64,000 bases of DNA from Pseudolysinimonas sp. (lineage in GTDB: Bacteria > Actinomycetota > Actinomycetes > Actinomycetales > Microbacteriaceae), in the NCBI RefSeq assembly GCF_051954455.1, contig NZ_JBQCHS010000024.1, positions 44,122 to 108,121 on the forward strand, read 5' to 3'. Position 1 is the stretch's first letter, and every line of letters begins with the position of its first letter. The notes under the pieces are model-generated. The model was not told the origin of the DNA and ran no database searches. It saw nothing but the letters and a program-made list of their open reading frames with translations. The position numbers and the translations under genes were made by a program. Positions 29,367-37,097 of this stretch are shown here, piece after piece.

Positions 29367-30641
29367 ATGCGACAGAGGGCCGCGGCCGTGAGCGCGATCC
29401 TGCGCGGCGCCGCCGCGGCGGAGCGCGTGCTCGCGCGCGCGGACGAGCTCGCGGCCCTGTCGCGGACGTCGGGCGGCATCGATCGCCGCTACCTCACCCC
29501 GGAGCACCGCGCCGCGAACGCGCTCACCGCCGGCTGGCTCGCCGATGCCGGGCTCGTCGCCTGGCAGGACGCGGCCGGCAACCAGTGCGGACGGGTGCCG
29601 GGCGCGCCGGTCGACGCTCCCGTCGTGCTGCTCGGCTCGCACCTCGACTCCGTGCCGAACGCCGGGCGGTACGACGGGATCCTCGGGGTCCTCGTCGCCC
29701 TCGAAGTCGCCGAGCGCCTGCGCGACGACGCGACGACACTGCCGTTCGCGCTCGAGATCGTCGGGTTCGCCGACGAGGAGGGCACCCGCTTCGGAGCCAC
29801 CCTGCTCGGCTCGCGGGCCGTCGCCGGCACCTGGGACCCGGCGTGGGCCGAGCTGCGCGACGAGAACGGCGTCACCCTTCGCGAGGCGGCGCGCGGCTTC
29901 GGCCTCGACCCCGACCGGGTGGGTGAAGCGTCCCGCGCCGGCGAGCTCGTGGCCTACCTGGAGGCGCATATCGAGCAGGGGCCGCGTCTCGAGCGGGCCG
30001 ACCGGGCGCTCGGCGTGGTCACCCGGATCGCCGCGGCCGAGCGCCGCCTGCTCACGCTGAGGGGGGAGACCCGTCACGGCGCCACCCCGTGGGACATGCG
30101 CCACGACGCGCTCCTCGGCTTCGCGGAGGCCGATCTCGCCATCGAGCGCATCGTGCGCGACGCGGGCGCGTACGCCACCGTCGGGCACGTGGCGGTCCAG
30201 CCCGACGCGGTCAACGTCATCCCCGGCCTCGCCGAGTTCAGCCTCGACCTGCGCGACGCGACGGAGGAGGGCCGCGACGCTGCCTGGGAGCTGGTGCACG
30301 CCGAGCTGGTGGGCCTCGCCGACGCGCGCGGGCTGCGGCTCGACGTCGCCTCGACCCACCGCGCCGACGCGTGCATCGCCGATCCTCGGCTCCGGAACGC
30401 GATCGCGACCGGCATCGCGGCCACCGGCGACGCCGAGCCGATGGAGCTGTTCAGCGTCGCGGGCCACGACGCGATGGCGATCGCCGCGGCCGCGCCGGTC
30501 GCGATGCTGTTCGTCCGCTGCGCCGGCGGCATCAGTCACGCCCCCGAGGAGTCGGTGCGCGCTGACGACGTCGCCCTCGCGATCGACGCGCTCGAGGCCG
30601 CGGTGCGCGACCTCGCCCGCGGCGCCGCATCGGCCTCCTGA
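29367..30641 (+). CDS. allC: Allantoate amidohydrolase (M20 family, N-carbamoyl-amino-acid amidohydrolase-like)
   Basis: GSHLDSVPNAGRYDGILGVLVALEV...VGFADEEGTRFG...SVAGHDAM...RCAGGISHAPEE. Confidence 0.8.
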   Translation: MRQRAAAVSAILRGAAAAERVLARADELAALSRTSGGIDRRYLTPEHRAANALTAGWLADAGLVAWQDAAGNQCGRVPGAPVDAPVVLLGSHLDSVPNAGRYDGILGVLVALEVAERLRDDATTLPFALEIVGFADEEGTRFGATLLGSRAVAGTWDPAWAELRDENGVTLREAARGFGLDPDRVGEASRAGELVAYLEAHIEQGPRLERADRALGVVTRIAAAERRLLTLRGETRHGATPWDMRHDALLGFAEADLAIERIVRDAGAYATVGHVAVQPDAVNVIPGLAEFSLDLRDATEEGRDAAWELVHAELVGLADARGLRLDVASTHRADACIADPRLRNAIATGIAATGDAEPMELFSVAGHDAMAIAAAAPVAMLFVRCAGGISHAPEESVRADDVALAIDALEAAVRDLARGAASAS

Positions 30642-30690
30642 CGCGCGCGTCCCGCTGGCGCGTGCAGGGCGGCCGGACGGCGGGGCCGCG

Positions 30691-31200
30691 TCAGCGGTCG
30701 ATGTCGGCGCCGTCCCAGAGGTCGCCGCACTCGACGTCGTCGGCTCCGTGGGTGCGCAGGTAGGGGCCCGCGCCCCGGTCGCCGTGCACCGATGCGGCGA
30801 TCGCCTTCCAGTGGTCGCGCCCGAGCAGCACCGGGTGCCCGGGGCGCCCGTCGTAGACCGCCCGGCGGAGGGCGGCCGGGGTGGCGCCGGCGGCGACGCG
30901 CGCGGCCGCCGCGACCGGCATCCCGGGGAGGTCGACCAGCGTGACGAGCGCCGCATCGCCCGAGGCCGCCGCCAGCCCCGCCCGGAGCGATGCGGCGACG
31001 CCCTCGTCCCAGTCCGCCGCGACGACGACCTCGGCATCCGTCGGCACGATCGCCGCCCCGAGCACCGCGATCACGCGGTCGCAGCCCGCCTGACGCAGCA
31101 CGTCGACCGCGTGCGCCAGCCAGCCCTCGCGGAGGGCTTTCGGACCGCCGGCGCGCGTGCCGGCGCCGGCCGCCAGCACGATCCCGACGAGGCCCGTCAT
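30691..31200 (-). CDS. MobA/MocA-like nucleotidyltransferase (probable molybdenum cofactor cytidylyltransferase)
   Basis: The ATG at 31200 gives GIVLAAGAGTRAGGPKAL...VTLVDLPGM...GRPGHPVLL. It is near the xdh genes. Confidence 0.7.
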   Translation of the reverse strand: MTGLVGIVLAAGAGTRAGGPKALREGWLAHAVDVLRQAGCDRVIAVLGAAIVPTDAEVVVAADWDEGVAASLRAGLAAASGDAALVTLVDLPGMPVAAAARVAAGATPAALRRAVYDGRPGHPVLLGRDHWKAIAASVHGDRGAGPYLRTHGADDVECGDLWDGADIDR

Positions 31201-31216
31201 CGCTACAGTTGAGCAC

Positions 31217-31690
31217 ATGATCGCGCCGTCCGAGGAGCAGCTCGGGGCCGCGCTCGGGGTGCGGCGCTGGGTCGACGAGATCGCGGCCGGCGCGCCCTAC
31301 CCGGACCTCGCGGCGCTGCTGGACGCCGCTGCCGCCGCGACGCCGCTCAGCCCGGGCGAGATCGACGAGGCCATGGCGCACCACCCGCGGATCGGCGAGC
31401 GCCCGTCGGGCGAGGGCGCCGCGCAGGCCTTCAGCCGTCGCGAGCAGGCCTCCGCGGACGCGGACGATGCGGAGGCCAACGCGGCGATCGCGGCCGGCAA
31501 CGCCGCCTACGAGGAGCGCTTCGGCCGGGTCTTCCTGATCCGCGCGGCGGGCCGCACGCGCGCCGAGATCCTCGCCGAGCTGCGGCGCCGGCTCGAGCTC
31601 GACGACGCGACGGAGCTCGCGATCGTCGGCGAGCAGTTGCGCGAGATCGCGCTCCTGCGGCTCCGCTCGACGTTCGAGGCGGCGGCGTGA
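31217..31690 (+). CDS. uraD: 2-oxo-4-hydroxy-4-carboxy-5-ureidoimidazoline (OHCU) decarboxylase
   Basis: The ATG at 31217 gives AHPRIGE...YEERFGRVFLIRAAGRTRAEIL...EIALLRL. Confidence 0.85.
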   Translation: MIAPSEEQLGAALGVRRWVDEIAAGAPYPDLAALLDAAAAATPLSPGEIDEAMAHHPRIGERPSGEGAAQAFSRREQASADADDAEANAAIAAGNAAYEERFGRVFLIRAAGRTRAEILAELRRRLELDDATELAIVGEQLREIALLRLRSTFEAAA

Positions 31691-32004
31691 GCCGGATCAC
31701 GACCCACGTCCTCGACGCGGTCCGCGGCCGGCCGGCGGCGGGCGTCGCGGTCACGCTGAGCGGGCCCGGCGGCACGGTCGCGACCGGCGCGACCGACGAC
31801 GACGGCCGCATCCGCGAGCTCGGCCCGGAGGAGCTCCCGGAGGGCGACTATCGGATCGAGTTCGCGACGGGCGCGTGGTTCGACGCGCAGGGCGTCGACG
31901 CGTTCTACCCGCGCGTCGTCATCGACTTCCGGCTGGGCTCCGGCCACCACCACGTGCCGCTGCTCCTGTCGCCCTTCGCGTACTCCACCTATCGCGGGTC
32001 CTGA
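31687..32004 (+). CDS. uraH: 5-hydroxyisourate hydrolase (transthyretin-like)
   Basis: ITTHVLDAVRGRPAAGV...YHVPLLLSPFAYSTYRGS (the C-terminal YRGS signature). GTGA overlap with uraD. Confidence 0.9.
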   Translation: MSRITTHVLDAVRGRPAAGVAVTLSGPGGTVATGATDDDGRIRELGPEELPEGDYRIEFATGAWFDAQGVDAFYPRVVIDFRLGSGHHHVPLLLSPFAYSTYRGS

Positions 32005-32021
32005 GCCGCGCGGACGCCGGC

Positions 32022-32486
32022 TCAGTACGCCGTGCGGGCCTCGTGCGCGAGCCACGCGTCGAAGGGGGCGGCGGCGTCGGCGGGGCGGTCCTCCTCGATC
32101 GTGACGTGCCACTCGGAGCGGGGCCGCTCGAACAGCTCGTAGAAGGCCCGGTCGTCGAAGCCGCCGCGGGCGGCGTCGTGCCGGTCCGCCGCGTAGACGA
32201 CCCTGTCGATCCGCGCCCAGAGCGCCGCCGACAGGCAGAGCGGGCACGGCTCGCACGAGGTGTAGAGCGTGGCGCCCTCGAGCGAGAAGGCGCCGGCCGC
32301 CGCGCAGGCGCGCCGGATGGCGACGACCTCGGCGTGCGCGGTGGGGTCGTTGTCGCGCGTGACGCGGTTCTGCCCCTCGGCGAGCACCGCGCCGTCCGCC
32401 CCGACGACGAGCGCGCCGAACGGGCCCCCGCCCGACGCGACGTTGTCGACCGCGAGCTCGACCGCGCGGTCCAGGTGGCCCGTCAT
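32022..32486 (-). CDS. CDA-fold nucleoside/nucleobase deaminase (guanine deaminase GuaD-type by context)
   Basis: The ATG at 32486 gives GGPFGALVV...HAEVVAIRRA...TSCEPCPLCLSA, a zinc-binding H(C)AE/PCxxC motif. Confidence 0.72.
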   Translation of the reverse strand: MTGHLDRAVELAVDNVASGGGPFGALVVGADGAVLAEGQNRVTRDNDPTAHAEVVAIRRACAAAGAFSLEGATLYTSCEPCPLCLSAALWARIDRVVYAADRHDAARGGFDDRAFYELFERPRSEWHVTIEEDRPADAAAPFDAWLAHEARTAY

Positions 32487-33373
32487 GCCGCACCCAGCGA
32501 CGCGCGCCACGCCTCGTGCGCCGCGGGGGCGTCCTCCCGCGAGATGGCGGCCTCGATGAGGCCGTAGGGCCGGTCGTCGGCGTGGAACACCTCGCCGTGC
32601 TGCTCGATGCCGAAGCGGCCGATGTCGTAGTCGAAGTGGTGCTTGTTGGGCGCCGTCAGCCGGATCTCCACGATCTCGGGATGCCGGTCCAGCACCGCCG
32701 TGCCCATGTGCCACAGCGTCTGCTGCAGTGCGAGCGAGTGCAGGGTCGCGAACTGCTCGATCATGAGCGCTCGCGCGGCGTCGTAGGAGGCGTCCCAATC
32801 GACGTCGGTCCCGGCGTAGCGCCACTTCACGTCGAGCGAGGTCGCCATGATCCGGTCGTCGGTCTCCGGGAGGGTCGTGTACCCGTCCTTCAGGAAGCCG
32901 TGGAACTCGGATCCGGTCGACTTGAGGATCACGAGGTCCTTGAGCCCCGCGATCACGTACTCGCCGGTCGCGTCGACGGTCACGGCCGCGGTGCGCACCT
33001 CCTGCCCCTTCCGCAGGAAGGTGTGGTCGTGCTCGGCGCCGCCGACCACCGCGCGCTCCCAGGCGTACTCCTCGATCTCGATCCGGGCTCCCGTCACGGG
33101 CGCGGTCTCGGCGACGAAGTGCCGGGCGAGCTCGAGTCCGTACTGCTCGATCGTCGCGATCCCCTTCTCCTTCGCGAAGGCGTAGGCGGTGTTCTTCTGC
33201 GTGTCGGTCGGCAGCACCTTCGACTGGTCGCCGACGAGGTACGCGTCGGCGAAGTCGCCGCGCAGGGCGGTCGTCACGTTGAGGTCGACGATCTCGTGCC
33301 GGGCGGTGTCGCGCACGATCCGCACGACGCGCGACTCGGCCTTGCCGTACTGGTGCTCGAGGCGGTAGGTCAT
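32483..33373 (-). CDS. pucL: Factor-independent urate hydroxylase (uricase)
   Basis: YGKAESRVVRIVRD...VLPTDTQKNT...LKSTGSEFHGF...SLALQQTLW...APNKHHF. Confidence 0.9.
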   Translation of the reverse strand: MTYRLEHQYGKAESRVVRIVRDTARHEIVDLNVTTALRGDFADAYLVGDQSKVLPTDTQKNTAYAFAKEKGIATIEQYGLELARHFVAETAPVTGARIEIEEYAWERAVVGGAEHDHTFLRKGQEVRTAAVTVDATGEYVIAGLKDLVILKSTGSEFHGFLKDGYTTLPETDDRIMATSLDVKWRYAGTDVDWDASYDAARALMIEQFATLHSLALQQTLWHMGTAVLDRHPEIVEIRLTAPNKHHFDYDIGRFGIEQHGEVFHADDRPYGLIEAAISREDAPAAHEAWRASLGAA

Positions 33374-34686
33374 CAGCGGGTCCTTTCGAGGAGATGTCCG
33401 AGGTCGGGGGCGGCGCCCCGCAGCCAGGTGCGGCGCACCTCGCCGCGCAGCTCCCGACCGTCGTAGGCGCTCACGGGGTTCCGGTGCAGCAGCTCGCCGG
33501 CGCGGATCACGCGGCGCGCGTCGGGGGCGAAGACGGCGAGGTCGGCGTCGGCGCCCGGCGCGATCGCGCCCTTCGCGGGGGTGAGGCCCGCGAACCGGGC
33601 GGGGGCGGACGACATCCACTCGACGACGCGCTCGAGCGGGACACCGCGCCCGCGCGCCGCCGTCCAGACGGCCGACAGGCCGAGCTGGAGCCCCGCGATC
33701 CCGCCCCAGGCGACGCCGAAGTCGCCGTCGCCGGCGAACTTGAGCTCCGCGGTCGAGGGGGAGTGGTCGGTCACCACGAGGTCGATGTCGCCGTCGAGCA
33801 GCCCCCGCCAGAGCGCGTCGCGGTTCTCCTCGGAGCGGATCGGCGGCGCGCACTTGTACTGGGTCGCCCCGTTCGGCACGCCCTCCGCGGCGAGCGAGAG
33901 GTAGTGCGGACAGGTCTCGACCGTGATCGGCAGCCCCTCGGCGCGCGCGGCGCGCAGCTCGGGGAGGGCGGCGGCGGACGACAGGTGCAGGATGTGGGCC
34001 CGCGCGCCCGTCCGACGCACGCCCGCGATCACGTTCGAGATCGCCGCGACCTCCGCCTCGTCGGGCCGCGACGCCACGTAGCGCCCGTAGTCGGGTCCGC
34101 CCGCGTTCGCGTGGTCGTGGAGCACGCGGGGGTCCTCGGCGTGCACGATGAGCAGCCCTCCGAATCCGGCGATCTCCTCGAGCGCGGCGTCGAGCTGCCG
34201 CGCGTCGAGGTGTCCGAACTCCGGCACCCCGCTCGGCGCCAGGAAGCACTTGAACCCGAAGACTCCGGCCTCCCAGAGGCCGCGCAGCGATCCCAGGTTC
34301 TCGGGCACGGCGCCGCCCCAGAAGCCGACGTCGATCCGCACCGCGCCGCGGGCGGCCTCCTGCTTGACCCGGAGGTTCTCGACCGTGGTGGTCGGCGGGA
34401 TGCTGTTGAGCGGCATGTCGAGCACGGCGGTCACCCCGCCGGCCGCGGCGGCCGCGGTCGCGGAGGCGAAGCCCTCCCAGTCGGTGCGGCCCGGCTCGTT
34501 GATGTGCACGTGCGTGTCGACGAGCCCTGGCAGCAGGACCTCGTCGGGGGCGAGTACGACGGTCTCGGCGGCCGGCTCGGGCCCGGCGTCGAGGGTCGCG
34601 ACCCGCCCGTCGCGCACGCCGACGGCCGCCTCGCGGAAGGCGCCGTCGACGAGGGCCCGCCCGCGGACCACGAGGTCGAGGCTCAT
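33373..34686 (-). CDS. allB: Allantoinase
   Basis: LPGLVDTHVHINEPGRTDWEGF...FKCFL...IVHAED...HILHLSS...VTDHSP. Confidence 0.9.
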   Translation of the reverse strand: MSLDLVVRGRALVDGAFREAAVGVRDGRVATLDAGPEPAAETVVLAPDEVLLPGLVDTHVHINEPGRTDWEGFASATAAAAAGGVTAVLDMPLNSIPPTTTVENLRVKQEAARGAVRIDVGFWGGAVPENLGSLRGLWEAGVFGFKCFLAPSGVPEFGHLDARQLDAALEEIAGFGGLLIVHAEDPRVLHDHANAGGPDYGRYVASRPDEAEVAAISNVIAGVRRTGARAHILHLSSAAALPELRAARAEGLPITVETCPHYLSLAAEGVPNGATQYKCAPPIRSEENRDALWRGLLDGDIDLVVTDHSPSTAELKFAGDGDFGVAWGGIAGLQLGLSAVWTAARGRGVPLERVVEWMSSAPARFAGLTPAKGAIAPGADADLAVFAPDARRVIRAGELLHRNPVSAYDGRELRGEVRRTWLRGAAPDLGHLLERTR

Positions 34687-35693
34687 GCGGCCAGCTCCGC
34701 GCCGATCTCGCCGAGGGCCGTCGCGTAGGCGACGTCGTCCCCGGGGGAGCGGCCCGGCCCGCCGGAGAGGTTCACGCCGACCACGCCGTCGAGGGCGAGC
34801 AGCTCACGCCCGAGCGCCACCGCCGCCTCGGCGCCCGCGGCCCGCGGGTCGGCGGCCGCGAGGATGCCGTCGAGGTACCCGGCCGGCAGCGCGAGGGCCG
34901 TGAAGCTCCGCAGCAGCTCCGCGCTCCCCCGGTCGACGACGACCGGGATGCACGGGATGAAGTCCATCGCGACCCCGAGCGCTCTCGCCTCCGCGATGAA
35001 CCGCGCGACGGGGCCGACCCCGCCGGCGTGGTTGACGAAGCAGACGACGGCACCGGCGCGCTCCTTCTCGCGCAGCCGCGCGGCGCGACGCCCGATCGGC
35101 GGCGCGGCGGGCGACTCGGCCACCGAGACGCGCAGGCCGGCGGCCCGGGCGAGCGCGGCGAGCCCGGTGCTGTCGAGATCGAAGACGGGGGCGGCGTCCG
35201 GTCGCGAACCGGTCAGCGTGTGGTCGCCCGTGACGCAATGCACCCCGAGGACCCCGGCGTCGGCGAGCGCCGCGAGCTCGCCCTCGAGCGCGACGCGGTT
35301 GCGGTCGCGGCAGGTGAGCCCGCTCCACACGGGGAGACCGGCATCCATGAGCAGGCGTGCGCGGTAGGCCGGCGGGAACTGCACCCGCTCCGCACCCGAG
35401 TCGCCGGCGAGCACGGCGCCCACCCGGCCGCGCAGGGCGTCGGCGCACGCCGCGAGCGAGGCCCGGTCCATCGGCCGCGCGGGGAGGTCCGCGACGACGA
35501 TCCGGTCGAGCCCGGAGGGACCGCCGCGCGCCTCGGGTCCCGGCCAGGTCACGGTCGGCTCGTCGACGAAGGCGCAGCGAAGGCCCCCGATCTCGCAGCC
35601 GCCGTCGTCGGCGACGCCGCCGCACGGGCCGAACGTCATGTGCTTGGGGCAGGCGGTGCCGGCGCTGCGGGGATCGAGCAGGTCAGCCCGCAC
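34683..35693 (-). CDS. MetF-like (methylenetetrahydrofolate reductase fold) protein with an N-terminal four-Cys motif
   Basis: GTG start at 35693. CPKHMTFGPCGGVADDGGCEIGGLRC gives the spacing C-x8-C-x8-C-x6-C. It is followed by an MTHFR-like barrel (LTCRDRNRVALEGELAALADAGVLGVHCVTGDH). Confidence 0.65.
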   Translation of the reverse strand: MRADLLDPRSAGTACPKHMTFGPCGGVADDGGCEIGGLRCAFVDEPTVTWPGPEARGGPSGLDRIVVADLPARPMDRASLAACADALRGRVGAVLAGDSGAERVQFPPAYRARLLMDAGLPVWSGLTCRDRNRVALEGELAALADAGVLGVHCVTGDHTLTGSRPDAAPVFDLDSTGLAALARAAGLRVSVAESPAAPPIGRRAARLREKERAGAVVCFVNHAGGVGPVARFIAEARALGVAMDFIPCIPVVVDRGSAELLRSFTALALPAGYLDGILAAADPRAAGAEAAVALGRELLALDGVVGVNLSGGPGRSPGDDVAYATALGEIGAELAA

Positions 35694-36318
35694 GGCGCGT
35701 CACCGTCCAGCCGTCCCCGCCCCGGGTGTCGGCGTGCCGGGCGTACTCGAGCCGGCGGGAAGCGGTCGCGGGGTCGCCCTGCCAGAAGGCGAGCCGGTGC
35801 GGCACGACGCGGTAGCCGATCCAGCTCGGCGCCGGGGCGAAGCCGTCCGCGTGCGCGGCTGCGAACCCCGCCCACGCCGAGCGGCGGTCGTCGAGCGGCA
35901 GGGTCGCGAACTCGTCGGTGTTCTGCCAGGCGAGCTGCTGGAGGTACGGGGAGCGGCGGGCGTACGCCGCGCGATCCGCCTCCGCACCGGCCGGCTCGGC
36001 GCGACCCTGCACGACGAGCTGGTGCGCGTCGGCGGCGAGGTGCATGACGAGCGCGACCGCGGGGTCCGCGGCGAGCTGCGCCGCCTTCCGCGACCGCGCG
36101 TCGGTGTGCAGCAGGAAGCCGTCGCGGCTCCAGCCGCTGAGGAGCACGGTCCGCGCGTCGGGCACGCCGCCGTCGAGGGTGGCGAGGGTCATGGTGGGAC
36201 GCACGGGGTCCTCGTCGTCGGGCAGCCAGGCGGCGACGAGCTCCCACGGGTCGGTCGGCGGCTCGTCCGGCAGGTGGAGGACCGCGGTGGCGCCGGCGCG
36301 GGCGGCCGCGGGGCTCAC
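35683..36318 (-). CDS. Pyridoxamine 5'-phosphate oxidase (PdxH-like) family flavoprotein
   Basis: DPWELVAAWL...MTLATLDGGVPDARTVLL...FLLHTDARSRKAAQL...GYRVVPHRLAFWQG...RRLEY. Confidence 0.7.
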   Translation of the reverse strand: MSPAAARAGATAVLHLPDEPPTDPWELVAAWLPDDEDPVRPTMTLATLDGGVPDARTVLLSGWSRDGFLLHTDARSRKAAQLAADPAVALVMHLAADAHQLVVQGRAEPAGAEADRAAYARRSPYLQQLAWQNTDEFATLPLDDRRSAWAGFAAAHADGFAPAPSWIGYRVVPHRLAFWQGDPATASRRLEYARHADTRGGDGWTVTRRAG

Positions 36319-37097
36319 GCGGCGCCGCCGCGGAAGCCGGCGATCTCGTGCAGCGCCTCGACGCCGCTGCGGATGCCGCGCTCCACGAGCTCGGCGCCGT
36401 GCTCCGCGTTCGCGCCCGTCGCGTCGCCGATCACCCCCGCGGGGTCGAAGTCGTTCGAGAGCCAGCCGAAGCTGACCGCCCCGCCGTTGAACTTGAGGTG
36501 GCGCAGCGCCGCCACGTCCTCCGGGATCCAGCGCGCGGCCTTGCTGATGTCGACGAGGTCGGGGCGCAGGTGCAGGATCACGCTCGTCTCGCCGTAGCCG
36601 CCGTGGATGCCGAGCCCCTTCTCGTCGGGCGACCCGTTCGCGCCGTCTCCCGCGGCTCCCGCCCCGGTGCCCATGAGGAAGGTGCGCAGCCCGTAGAGGC
36701 GCCGGATCTCGCGGAGCGCGACCTGCAGGAGGGCGACGTTGCCGCCGTGCCCGTTGAAGAACACGAGCGTGCGCGCCGGGGTCCGCGACACCGACTCGCC
36801 GATCTCGACGACCGTGCGCATGAGGGTCTCCCAGCCGATCCAGACCGTGCCCGGCGCCCAGTGGTGCTCGTCCGACTTCGAGTAGGCGATCGCCGGCAGC
36901 CGCCAGACATCGAGGCCGTCCTCGACGGCGGCGTCGACGAGCCGGCGCGAGATGAGGTCGGCCATGAGGTAGTCGGTGGCGAGCGGCAGGTGGGGTCCGT
37001 GGTGCTCGATCGACCCGACCGGCAGGACGACGACGGAGTCCGACGTGAGCGTGTCGGCGAGCACGGGCCCGGCGAGCTCGGTCAGCTCGCGCGTCAT
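36315..37097 (-). CDS. Creatininase-family amidohydrolase (creatininase / ArfB / MftE superfamily)
   Basis: VVLPVGSIEHHGPHLPLATD...FFNGHGGN...GIHGGYGETS. Confidence 0.8.
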   Translation of the reverse strand: MTRELTELAGPVLADTLTSDSVVVLPVGSIEHHGPHLPLATDYLMADLISRRLVDAAVEDGLDVWRLPAIAYSKSDEHHWAPGTVWIGWETLMRTVVEIGESVSRTPARTLVFFNGHGGNVALLQVALREIRRLYGLRTFLMGTGAGAAGDGANGSPDEKGLGIHGGYGETSVILHLRPDLVDISKAARWIPEDVAALRHLKFNGGAVSFGWLSNDFDPAGVIGDATGANAEHGAELVERGIRSGVEALHEIAGFRGGAA

